Source: Octopus vulgaris (taxonomy: Eukaryota). From it: a DNA stretch of 64,000 nt. The notes below the pieces were generated by a model. The model did no database searches, was not told the DNA's origin, and worked only from the letters and a program-made list of their open reading frames with translations. The DNA lies in assembly GCA_951406725.2 (NCBI GenBank), contig OX597816.1:126604001-126668000 (forward strand). Direction: 5' to 3'. Positions 52,521 through 64,000 of the stretch are shown here, one piece after another. Numbering within the stretch: position 1 is the first letter of the stretch; every line of letters begins with the position of its first letter. Made by a program: the position numbers and the translations under genes.

Positions 52521-53360
52521 GAGAGAGAGAGAGAGTAGGAGATGGGTGACAGCAAATGCCAGGGTATACTTGCAAGGAACGGGGATCAGAGCCTAAATTG
52601 GATAGTAGAGTAAGAAAGAGGGAAATGGATGGTGGCAGGTACTGGTAGGGTATCGCCAAGGAATTGCGAGTTGGGAGTGGAGGTGGGGAAGGCTAGCTGG
52701 TAAGAATCTGGGGATATAGGAGGCAAGGGGATGGGGGAAGCAGCAATATAGTGAGCATTGTAGTGATGATTGGATTGGTAAGTGGGGGTGGGGTACACTG
52801 TGACTAGTGAAAATCTGGGTATGTAGAGCAAAAGGGTACAGGGGAGATACAACGAACAGGATAGTGAGAACTGGATTGGGGAGTGCAAGATAACCATAAT
52901 ATATGAAGTGGAAATGTAAGTGAGAAAAGAGATATAGTTTGGGAAGTGAGGGATGTAATTTAGTTTGTTGGGTAGGGTGTGTGAAAGTTTCATTGTTACA
53001 TGTCAGTGGGACACAATGCTTCTACAACTCAGGTTCACTGACATGGATAGTCTTCTCTAGAACCTCATAACACCAGAAATTTGAGAGTGTCATTTCCTCT
53101 GTGAGCTCCAACATCCTGAGATCAGTCCTCACCACTTCATCGCATCTCTTCCTGGGTCTCCCATATTTTCCTGAATATATATATTATTAATAAATTCCAG
53201 TGTAGCAAAAATATTTAGAAAATTTTTTTGCTCCCTGTGGTCTAGTGAGAAGAAAAAAACTTGTCAATAGACTGAGTTTAACTACTCCTTCTAGTGGGTC
53301 AGATGCCCTGTTATAGCTATCTCTTATGTGTTTAAATGTACACTGTATATATGTATATAT

Positions 53361-53675
53361 ATCATCATCATCATCATCATCGTTTAGCGTCCGTTTTCCA
53401 TGCTAGCATGGGTTGGACGGTTCAACTGGGGTCTGTGAAGCCAGAAGGCTTCATCAGGCCTAGTCAGATCTGGCAGTGTTTCTACGGCTGGATGCCCTTC
53501 CTAACGCCAATCACTCCGTGAGTATAGTGGGTGCTTTTTACGTGCCACCCGCACAGGTGCCAGACAGAGCTGGAAAACGGCCACAAACGGATGGTGCTTT
53601 TTATGTGCCACCGGCACGGGGGCCAGGCGAGGCTGGCAACGGACACGAATGGATGGTGCTTTTTACGTGCCACCA
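53361..53675 (-). mobile_element. family C retroposon with an internal tandem repeat of about 55-60 bp
   Basis: ggtgctttttacgtgccacc occurs three times (near 53530, 53594 and 53655); (CAT)n tail. Confidence 0.88.
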
Positions 53676-53999
53676 CATACTCAATGGATGAGCCTTGCTT
53701 GTTCACAAGCAGGCTGCAGGATAGCATGATAGGGAAGACTCCCTCAAAATACCAAGTGTTAAAATACCTGAAAGTCAGAGACAGGTAAGACAACTCGCCT
53801 TAAATCCCATATAGGAGCAATGGATATCAACATTTCGCCATTTTTGTGGCTGGTCAATATCATCTACCTGAATCAAATCAGAGGTGATTTGAATCGCCAG
53901 TCTATGACTTTGTACGTATAGTGTAAAACCATTTGCTGGTAATCCACCATGATGCATATTTCAGAGTGTATTCAAATATATAACGATAGTCCTTGCTTT

Positions 54000-54205
54000 T
54001 ATAGGTACAAGCCTAAAATTGTTGAGTTAGGAGTGGCAAATTGATTACATCAACGCCAGTACCTGACTGGTACTCATTTTATTAACTCCCAAAAAGATGA
54101 AAGACAGTCCACCCCGGCTGATGGTAAACTCAGGAGGTAAAGTGCCAGAAGAAATGCTATTAAGTATTTTGTCTGGTGCTGTAATGATTCTGCCAGCTCA
54201 ACATC
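54000..54205 (-). mobile_element. degenerate SINE family B
   Basis: ctggtactcattttatt...gattctgccagctc. Confidence 0.65.
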
Positions 54206-54334
54206 TTAATAATGATAATAATAACAATAATAATAATAATAATAATAATATTATCATCATTATCATCATTATTATTATTATTATGATTGTTTAGATGTTG
54301 AGCTGACAGAATCGTTACAGCATGTGAAGAAGCG

Positions 54335-55040
54335 CCGATCTCTACCAGTTGAAGGAAGCTGTGGAAGAGGGAAACTTGGGAAGACATGGGGCGAGGTTGT
54401 GAAGAACGATCTTCAAATGTTGAGCTTCATGGAGGCAATGACTAATGACCGAAACCTGTGGCGTTATGCTGTGCTTGAGAAGATCTGGCAAGCCAAGTGA
54501 AATCATAGCTGTGGTCGTTGTTGGTGTCACAGAACTGGCCCCTGTACCCATGGTAGTAAAAAGCACCTTTCAAGTGTTAGGCCTCATAGAGGCAACGTGA
54601 CTGATGCTGTTGTCGCATAACTAGCACCCATGCCAGTGACACGTAAAATGTACACTGGGCCTCACAGAGGCAATGATAAACGACATGCTTGAGAAGAAGA
54701 CCCATCAAGCCAAGTGAAATAGTAGTCATGGCAGATATTGGTGTCATGCAAACTGACATCTATGTTGGTGGCACGTAAAAGCACCCATTACACTCCCAGA
54801 GTGGTTGGCATTTGGAAGGGCATCCAGCCATAGAAACCATGCCAAATCAGACTAAAGTCTGGTGCAGCCCCTCAGATTACCAGCCCTGGTCAAACCATCC
54901 AACCCATGCCAGCATGGACAATGGACATTAAATGATGATGTTGATGATGATGATGATGATAATGATGACAATGACAACAACGACGACGATGATGATGATG
55001 ATGATAATGATGATAATGATGATGAGGATAATGATGAATA
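54335..55040 (+). mobile_element. RTE-type LINE 3' end plus family C tail and (GAT)n
   Basis: EGSCGRGKLGKTWGEVVKNDL...DRNLWRYAVLEK; repeated aagccaagtgaaat block; ggaagggcatccagcc motif. Confidence 0.8.
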
Positions 55041-55582
55041 ATCATATCTACTATAGGCACAAGCCTGAAATTTGGGGGATGGTGCCACTTGATTACATTG
55101 ACCCCATTGCTCAACTGGTATTTGTTTCATTAACCCCAAAGGGATGAAAGACAATTAAATATGAGTTTATGTTATTGTTACACTTAATTCACATTTGTAG
55201 ATCTTTGTAAGTGAGTGTGTAGGTCCCTTTGTTAGGTAAGCACAGGCTGTGTTAGTAGTTCAGTATATTTTTGTCTTATTGGATTTAATTTTTTTGCTTT
55301 GATAATTTAAAGGTCGAGGATACAAAGTCAAGTATTTAAAACCTTAAGGTTCTAAATCCTGAGCTAAAATGAAATTTCTAAGTAGAACCTACTGGAAACC
55401 TCTGGCCATTAGAGTGTTGGTAACACTTTAAGAGAACCTAGCCTAGAACCTAGCAAGAGAACCTAGCCTTGAAAATCTACTGCAATGATTTCCATGGAAA
55501 ACTGGACGTTAAAATTTTGGTAATGATGATGATTATGATGGCGTGTGTGTGTCTGTATGTGTGTGTTTATGTGTGTGTGAGA

Positions 55583-56072
55583 CCATCATCATTATCATTA
55601 TCCACTTTTCCATGCTCATGAGTTGGACAGAATTTATTGAGGCACATATTTTATGGCTACATCACCTTCTTGTTACCAATCCTCACCTCTTTGCAAGTAA
55701 GGTAGTAATTCCCCATGACCAAACATGTTTTTGCAGAAGGCTAGAAAAGAAGGACACTGCTTGCATGACAGTGGCACTTGCATAAAATAATCATGCAATG
55801 TCAAAGGAAGAAGACAATAACACACACATGCACATGAATGCTCATACACACACACACACACACACACACACATGCACATGCACACACACATATATACTTA
55901 TGTAAAGAGCAGGTTTCTTTCAGTTTCCATTTACTAAATCCATTCACAAAATTTTGGAGAGGCTAAAGATCCATTAAAAGATATTTGCCCAAGATGCCAT
56001 GCAGTAGGACTGAATTTGAAACCCTATGGTTGAGAAGAAAACTTCTTATGACACAGCTACCCCTACACCCAT
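55583..56072 (-). mobile_element. SINE A head with alternative tail
   Basis: Same architecture as 12570-13050. Confidence 0.7.
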
Positions 56073-56114
56073 ACCATTTTATCTGAACAGTCAATAAATA
56101 TATATACTGTGACA

Positions 56115-56156
<42 letters not shown>

Positions 56157-56157
<1 letters not shown>

Positions 56158-56366
56158 TTTATTTAAAAGCAGCAGAAAATTCAACAAAACCTGTTACTCT
56201 GAGTTTCACGTTCCCGTTCATCGGACAGTTTTTGCTAGAATAGAACTGATATGTCAATTCTATCAAGACTAGTATAAACGCTACACCTTTAAAAATGGAC
56301 TTGTTTGATTGGTCCTTTACAAATAACTGTCAATTTCGAGCGATAAACAAAGATAAGCTCAAAAAA

Positions 56367-56367
<1 letters not shown>
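56157..56367 (-). mobile_element. short Penelope-like terminal fragment inserted in (TA)n
   Basis: (TA)n on both sides; carries a hammerhead motif with AATAAA downstream on the minus strand. Confidence 0.55.
56191..56228 (-). ncRNA. type I hammerhead-like motif with variant CCGAUGA core
   Basis: Minus strand ctgt-CCGATGA-acg-ggaa-cgt-GAA-actc-a-gagt-A-acag; all three stems pair; GUA triplet. Confidence 0.65.
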
Positions 56368-56389
<22 letters not shown>

Positions 56390-56397
<8 letters not shown>

Positions 56398-57100
56398 AAA
56401 TTCAGGGAAGGTTTTTGATGCTTCATTTTGGTCCAACCACAGTACAGAATCCACTTTTCAGTGCAAGTTACAATACAGTTGAGAAATGGATCAGTCTGGT
56501 TATGGAGAAGAAATGACGAGTAAATTTCATATCTTGGCATTATCTGATTTTCATTCAAATCATGTGATTATCTGATTTTCATTCAAATCATGCTCATTTG
56601 TGGAGCATTTTGATTTTCCCATCGCATGCAAATGGTTGCAGGCAATTTTCTGGCTAACTTGAAGGTCTTTTGCCAGTTCTCAAGTGGTTTTACGTGGATC
56701 TTTCTCAATGACTGTCTTTAATTGACCCTCATCAATGACAGATGGGCGTCCACTATGCTCACAATCTTCAAGGCCCAGGTCTTCACTGTGAAATCGTTTA
56801 AAGCATTTTCGAGCTGACCACTCACTGGTCATTTCCTCACCAAATGTTTCATTGATATTGCAAGCAGTTTCAGCTGCTTTACATCTTTTTATGAAGTTGA
56901 ATAGCAAAATTGCATGAATAGTGTGCTTTGACAGTTCCATTTCAGATGATTGTAACAATGCCGGAAAAAATATCAATGTTACTTTATTGATGCATTATCA
57001 GACAATTGCGAAAAAATGTTTAATAAAGTTCAAAACTCTCCAAAAATCTGGTACAAACTCTTCATGATTCAAGACATTGCTTATCTTTTACTCAACCTGA
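56390..57100 (-). mobile_element. mariner (Hsmar1-like) 5' half
   Basis: End TA|tcaggttgagtaaaagataag near 57100; KAAETACNINETFGE...EHSGRP...KDPRKTT and DPFLNCIVTCTEKWILY; 26-bp tandem duplication at 56539-56564 and 56567-56592. Confidence 0.9.
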
Positions 57101-57817
57101 TATATATATATATATATATTGGTAATTAGTAAGGGATTTCTCTAAATATTTACCAGTTTGCTCACAGTTTGGTATTTGAAATAGGTTATTGAACAGTTAA
57201 TATATAAATCCAATAATCATTCTCATAAGATAAGAATTTAGAGATATATTCTATTGGATTATTCTCAATATATTACCTTTAACCAAATAGGTTTCCTGGA
57301 GTGTTTAATATCAATTATAATAATAATAACAATGATTATTACAAAGTAGCATTAGCATTACCTTTAAATCCTTTTTATAAATATACAGCTTCAAATAGAC
57401 CTACTACATTCTACTACATTGATTAGTAACCATTGCAATTGCAACCTTACCATAATACCAGTGCAGTTTCTTCAGGGTCTTCACTTTAATACCCTCTGAT
57501 TTAACTGTTTAAAGTTTTATGTTGATTCTCTTTGTGTTCTATGATGTGGAGTTGTATGTTAATTTAGACATGAACTATCTTCAATTCAAGTAAGTATGAG
57601 AAACTTCTGACTGACTAAAAAAGAGTAATATGTGTTTATAGCATTACAATGAATGGATGATGAACATGCCAAAGCCTGTGAAATAGGGTCTGATTAACAG
57701 ACTTGTACAAAATCATACTGGATTGCATAAAAATGTATATATAAACCTATTAATGTCAATGGGTAATGAATATTCTACCACTACACTGAAAATATTTATT
57801 CAATATATAATTCACAT

Positions 57818-58170
57818 GTGAAGGGACATGGCCCACTGGTTAGAGTGTCGGACTCCCAATCAGGAATTAGTGAGTTCAATTCCTGGGCAAGGCTGTGTGT
57901 TGGCGATCTTCAGCAAGACACTTTATTTCATGTTGCTCCAGTTCACTCAGCTGTAGAAATGAGTTGCAATGTCACTGGTGGCAAGCTTTATCAACCTTTG
58001 CCTTGCCCTTGGATAATATTGGTGGCATGGAGAGGGGAGGCTGGTATGCATGAGCAATTGTTGGTCTTCCATAAACACCCTTGCCCAGATTTGTACCTCA
58101 GAGGGGAATTTTCTAGGTGCAATCCCATGGTCATTCATGACCGACGGGGGTTTTTACCCTTTACCCTTTA
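57818..58170 (+). mobile_element. tRNA-derived SINE, D-type head with a different tail
   Basis: tggcccactggttagagtg, gagttcaattcc, gctccagttcactcagctg; tail tttacccttt repeats. Confidence 0.8.
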
Positions 58171-58479
58171 TATGATTCACAAGAAAAAGGGGACTAAATC
58201 AGTATCATGAGAATGGCAATAAAAATTACATAAAGACAACAATTGTGTCAGATATTATTTTAATAATCTCTACTTAAATTGATATTGAAAATGTTATTTC
58301 CTTAAAATTTTAAACTTAGAATTTGTCATAATTTAAAAATGAAACTACAGAAATTACCTACTTGTATTTTAATTTTAAAAAGTACTTGAAGAAAGGAAGA
58401 TAATGACCTTGACCTATTCAGCTGATTGCTGTTCGATTTGAACATGTGTTAATTGATACCTTGCAGTAATTCATTATTT

Positions 58480-59100
58480 GGCTAGGAGAATTGGAAAGGT
58501 TGTTTAGTGTAAGATTTAGCAATGATGTGTTGGTGAAAGGTAAGTGTATCAGGTGAGTATACCTGAAGGTCTAAGACAGCTTTGCTAGATTAGAAAATAG
58601 AAGCTACAATAGTAATAATAGAAGAGACAGAAATATGAATCTGTTTCTCTGTTCACAACTTGCAGTATGGGTGAATGAATCTTTGGTAATCAGCTAAAAG
58701 GCATTTTGAAAGAAGTTTTGGATGTCAGTGTGTGTATAGTAGGGGAAATGCACCAGATATGTGAACTGTAATCATATGTGGATGTCGTTTGTGCTTAGTA
58801 GAATTTTAGCAACTGTTCAGGGCTTAAGTATTTTCCAATCCTAAAGGAAAATCGTGGTATTTGGATAGATGAAGATGTTTTTGCAATGTTTTATGTATGA
58901 TTAGCTTTAAACATGATTAAAATTGTGATTCCTACTATTTTTAGTATGATTGAAGTTTTTTTTAGGGAGGTTTCTTTATAATTTTCTAAGGGAGATTTTG
59001 CTCCTATTTCTAGCATATTGAGTTACTGCAACGCCAAAAAGGAGTAGTCTTGCAGAGTGTTTGGATTGTGTTGATTTCAAATGAATTATTAGCTGTTAGG
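58480..59100 (-). mobile_element. CR1/Jockey-like LINE relic
   Basis: Minus strand YDYSSHIW and FCLFYYYY, cf. MEYCSHIW and SLFYRYY; related to 6530-6950. Confidence 0.55.
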
Positions 59101-61309
59101 ATGTTCTATATCAAAGTACGCTAAATCTTGTGATGCAAAAAGTCAACTTCTGGAAAACTCACTACATTCTTTGTTTATATATGCATGTACATATGCATCA
59201 CACTTAGTCTTTCCCATTGAGAAGAGTATATTAATATACTTCACTGAAGAGGTAAACTAAAACCGAAACATACCTTCATCTATTGAATTTGAAAACCAGT
59301 TTCAGTCCAGTATGCTTTGTCTATATCATCAAAAGATTTCATCAGATGATCTTCCTGGAATTATTTTCTTTGCCAGTGTTTATATATTTTGAATGTCAAC
59401 TAAATACTGGAATAGTCTCAGTCAATTGAAGATTTTCACCTCACTGCATTTGATATGTAAGACCCTACTATATTCGAAAGTAAGTTTTAATATAAAATTA
59501 AAGTTATTGCACTTGACTACTTCTACCAATGTACTAGGAAAGGTTTGAACATCTTGTCTCTCACCTCAAAAGTATGGGAAGGAAGGAAACAGGAAATGAG
59601 ATATTTGTACCTAGTCAAAAAGAAATATATGATAATTTTGAATTTAAATCTAAATACTGCTGAATGATCTTTTAAATTTTGAAAACTTATAAGATTGTAA
59701 GGAAAACAATTAAACTTCAAAGCTTAGTCAATAAATCATTAATATTGATAGAACTTTTAAAATTCTTAAGGCTAAAATATGATTTATGACTTGCTTTTGA
59801 ATAAGATTAGCAATTTTAAATTGTTTATGAAATAATTGGTTGAAAATAAAATTAAAGCAATCAATTTTCTATAACAGATAACTTCAGAAAAAAGAATATT
59901 CAAATACAAACAATTAAAGGATAGCTAATGAAGAATGAACTGACATTTAAAATTGAAAAACCTAAATTGCAATAAAGTTTCTTCAAGCTAAATTAATTTT
60001 TTTAAATGCTTCAAAGTTCCATTTCTTTTTTAATTTACAATCCCTAGAAACAATTCAGGTTGAATTAAATAAAAACGATTAGAAATAACCTTAAAATTTA
60101 CATATTACTTCTTAGTATAAACCTTATGACAATAAATGTTGTATATAATATATATTGAACATAACGGGTATACTAAGTATATGTATAAGCTGAACTCTGT
60201 CACTTTACAATTATTTTCATTGTTTAAATATGTATTTTATCTTCATGATTATACTAAGGTTTCATCTATAAAATTGGATTACATACTTATCTCTTAAATT
60301 AAATCAGAAGTCTTGGCCTGAGTTGTAAAGATGTTTTTTTAACCAGTCTTGGAATTCACCTTTTTCTATATTCAGAAGCATTTCTATATTCATTTTAAGA
60401 ATATTTAATTCCATCACATGCAGCTGCTCTCCAAGCAGGTTGATCCATTGCTATTTCTCTGAAGAACACAAGTTGATGACAGCTTCTTGGAGAGTATTAT
60501 TTACTTTATATTTGTATATTTTGAGTAAATGTTGAAAGTTTTAACAAACAAAAGAGGAGTATATAGAATTTATTTCAGAATTCCATTGTCTGACATTCTT
60601 AAACAATGTCCTATCTACCATAAGTGAAATTTATAAATGATCATTTCAATTTAGTTTGTATAATTGAATTGCTGTATACACTAGTATATTCTGAAACCTT
60701 GCAATTTGATGTTGAGTATTTTTACAAAGATTGCATCATTAGTATTGTCTCTATTTTCTAATGTGACTGCTATAGACAGTTCAAACCATACATCCACACA
60801 AAATATAAGTATGCAGCAACATCAATTCAGTAATAGGATGTTTCTGTTGTTAAAAAACATAAGTACTGGTATGAACATTTGCAAAAATTCAATTTCTTGA
60901 TTGGTTTCAATTGGCTAAGAACAGTGACTGCCATAGTCTCCCATATGACATTGGACAGCTATGACCTCCATCATTCACTCCACTCCATCATCTTCATCAT
61001 TCTCCCTCTCTTTTTCACTAATAACAGGCACTACTATCTCCTCTCTCTAATCAAACATAATAATGTTGTTCTTCCCATTATATTTTTACTTCCAGCAATA
61101 CCTCACCTTAAGTCAGCTTTTGTCACCATCCCTACATTTCTTTTTATTCTCCCTTTCAAAGCAGTAAAAGCATTGCAAGCTACCAGGTCACTTCATTAGT
61201 GTTTATGCCATGATAAGACACACTCTCTACGTTCTGCAAAGTAACTATAAAATCGAGCAAAAACGATGTAGGATTTAGAACTTTTTAATTTTGTAAAGGG
61301 TATGACAAC

Positions 61310-61560
61310 CTCTCTATGCTTTGTGTTACAAGAAAATGCACTCAGCACACTCTGTAAAACAGAGTTAGGAAGGGAGCAAAGCCATAGAAACTATGCCAAA
61401 CTGAAGATGTTTGAGTGTCCGATTGTAACATAGTCCTTTTGGCCAGTCCAGAAGAGCAATAACTCTAAATAGGAACTGAATCCACTGTGATGGTCCATCC
61501 AACCTACACCAGCATGGAAAACAAACATGAAACAAAAAATGATGGTGGTGGTGGTTGTTA
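61310..61560 (+). mobile_element. degenerate family C tail
   Basis: gttaggaagggagc..ccatagaaac and ccatccaacctacaccagcatggaa. Confidence 0.6.
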
Positions 61561-61819
61561 TATACATACACACACTCTCTTGCACATACACGCACACACA
61601 CAAACACACACACATACACAATACATTCATAAGTACATACATACTTACATATGTACATACATACATAATATAAAAACAGGCAAACAAACAAACAGACAGA
61701 CAAAATCTGTAAGACCTTCTTAAGATATAAAGGATGATGGTTAAAACAAGATACTCTCCTTCACAACCTTACTATGAAGTAGGTGGCCGGTCAAAATTTA
61801 CTCTAAAATCAAGAGAACA

Positions 61820-61879
61820 ACTACACATACATACATTCATAAATACTTGCATACATAGATGCATACATACATGCATATG

Positions 61880-61913
<34 letters not shown>

Positions 61914-62012
61914 CATGCATGCATGCATGCATGCGTGCGTGCGTGCGTACGTACGTACATACATACATACATACATACATACATGCATGCATGCATGCAT
62001 GCATACATACAT
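61820..62012. repeat. compound purine-pyrimidine tetranucleotide microsatellite (CATA/CATG/CGTG/CGTA)
   Basis: Direct reading. Confidence 0.95.
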
Positions 62013-62261
62013 ACAACTTATATCTTCATTAAACATAATTAATGCAAGTAACCACACAAAAATAAATAAGATAAAACAGCACTCCTGTGCAACCTACTCA
62101 GTCTGCTAAAAATCAGTTTAAATTAGGTTTATAGTATCAATTTGAGACAGAATCATGTATATGACATTTTTCTGAGTATATAAATACCATTTACTATAAC
62201 ATATTTGTACATTAAAATTATTTCCAACACAACCAAAGTGATTGAAGTTACAATTAATTCA

Positions 62262-62780
62262 TCTATACTATAATAAAGGAAGCTGCTTATTAATTAGTGG
62301 TGAGTGTGTAACTTGTGCAAAAGGAAAGCAGTTATTAAAGGATAGCCGCTCTAGAAAATTTTAATTTTAATACAGTTTTATCAAGATGTGGTTTTCAAAA
62401 CTCTTTTATTATTGAAGATTTCAATTACATGCTTTTATTCTCTGTAATATACATTTTGTAATGGCTTACATTCATGTTGCTTTACTTCTGTTTCTTTGCA
62501 ATGGTGTCCCTCTTTCTTTCTTCTCTCTCTCTCTCTGCTTTGCTGCCTCTATTCCTATTAGTCTTTCTATTTCTCTCTCTATAACTTTTACCCTCTCACT
62601 CTTATCCTCATCCTTTTCACTCAACATCTTTCCCCCTTCAATCTTTGACTCTTCTCTATTTTGCGCACAAACTTGTGTTGTATTCCTTCTCCTATGATTC
62701 CATTTAATACTTTTCATTTACTCCTGCATACTTTTTTACTTTCACTTACTTTCCTTGCAGTGTTATCTCTCTCTCTCTCC
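62262..62780 (+). mobile_element. possible Helitron 5' terminus (non-autonomous element)
   Basis: A|TCTATACTATAATAAA resembles Helitron 5' ends; 3' end not located. Confidence 0.35.
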
Positions 62781-64000
62781 TATGTTTATTCAATTGTTTA
62801 TTTTTTTAAAGAAATGATAGAAGTTTTGTATCTTTAGTCGAGTTCCAGATTATCTTTGCAATTTCGGCTGGTTATACTTAAGATTGCTCCAATCTGACCA
62901 GCCCCAAAGAAAAACTAAGCTAAGAGCATTATCTTCCTTGGAAGAAAGCAGCAAATGTATATGAAAACAAGGACAGAAAAAAAAAAACAGAGAAATGTTA
63001 CACAAATACAAATGCAATTAACAGGACATAACAACAGGTGACTTTCGATTAAGGACGAATTAAATTAAGCTGGTGTGTGTAGAAATAAAGCCTTACAGCA
63101 GGAAAATAAGACTTGATAGGCACAAGGAGAAATATAGATGTTGCATGAATGGTAGTTGAACCAAGAAAGATCAGGCTTGGCCGAACACCAGTCATGTGGG
63201 AAGACAAGAGAGAAAGGTAGAGGCAGAGGGATAGAAGAATTAAGGAGGGGTGAAAAAAAATGAAAGTGAAGTGAAAGAAGAGGAAAAGTGAGCATGAAGA
63301 GAAGGCCAGGGAATGTGAGGGAGGGGGAACGAAACAACGAAGAGTGGACTGAACAAAGTGTCAAAGGGCTGATAGAAAGAAGGAAAGAATAGAAAGAATA
63401 ACAGAGTTGTACAAAATTTAGATATATATGTGTATATACAGAGTGAGAGAGAGAGAGAGAGAGGCAGAGAAGTGTATCACAATAGTTTCATACAAGCAAA
63501 TATGAAATGCACTAACAGAAACATTGCCCAGTGGGTGTCATTTCTGTTACGTAGCTCCTGTAAAGGAATTTTCTAAGGATGTACTTAAAGTTTCATATGT
63601 TAAAAAGTTATCTTCAAATATCAAATTAAAAGGAATGATTCTGCGAGGAAAATATTTAATCGATAAGGAATTTACAATTGAATTTCAGTAATGAATGGTA
63701 GAAAATTATCATCACTTTTGTTGAAGCCTGTCTAATGCCTATATTTTCTGTTTTCATTATCCTTATTTGCTTAATTCCACAAACCCCTGCACTAAACATA
63801 TTTGCTCTGGTTTTCCTTTTTATAACAGCATATCTCTTAAATTCACTCCCTGCCCCTGACAGGTGTAAACCTATCAAGATTCAAACTTAGTATCAGCATT
63901 ATTGACATCATCAATCTAAAATTGACCCTCCTTCTATAACTAAAGAACAGGAAAAACTGTTTCATTGGAGCCAAGTGGAGCTAAAAGTGTTGTAAATGAT

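Noticed and set aside
57120-57560. Possible Penelope GIY-YIG relic (CNC and YQC traces)
   Set aside because: Too degenerate to support by eye
58486-58539. Exon candidate with a perfect AAG|gtaagt donor
   Set aside because: It lies antisense within a LINE relic
59225-59269. Third hammerhead-like core CTGAAGA-ggt...acc-GAAAC beside a 16-bp palindrome
   Set aside because: No NUH triplet or stem I/III partner found; at best a decayed remnant
12145-62109. Many 60-170 aa ORFs rich in H/T, C/V, Y/I, poly-H, poly-S or poly-N
   Set aside because: They are translations of microsatellites and SINEs, not genes

Overview
AT-rich, CpG-depleted, repeat-dense eukaryotic DNA. The SINE families and microsatellite load suggest an octopod cephalopod; this is inference from recalled repeat families. 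There are no long intact ORFs, and most of the ORF track is microsatellite or SINE noise. The window holds many tRNA-derived SINEs, relics of RTE, R4/Dong and CR1/Jockey-like LINEs, two mariner relics, a Merlin element with TIRs and an 8-bp TSD, and Helitron pieces. A chain of small phase-compatible GT-AG exon candidates on the + strand (about 4.4-37 kb) may belong to an unidentified large-intron gene. The most notable structure is at 20476-22166: a TSD-flanked head-to-head palindrome of a SINE made of a tRNA-like head, an (AAT)n linker and a Penelope-type minimal hammerhead ribozyme, with an R4/Dong LINE inserted in the (TAA)n of one arm. A second, unrelated hammerhead with a CCGAUGA core lies at 56191-56228. 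SINE family labels A-D are my own, and most repeat boundaries are approximate.
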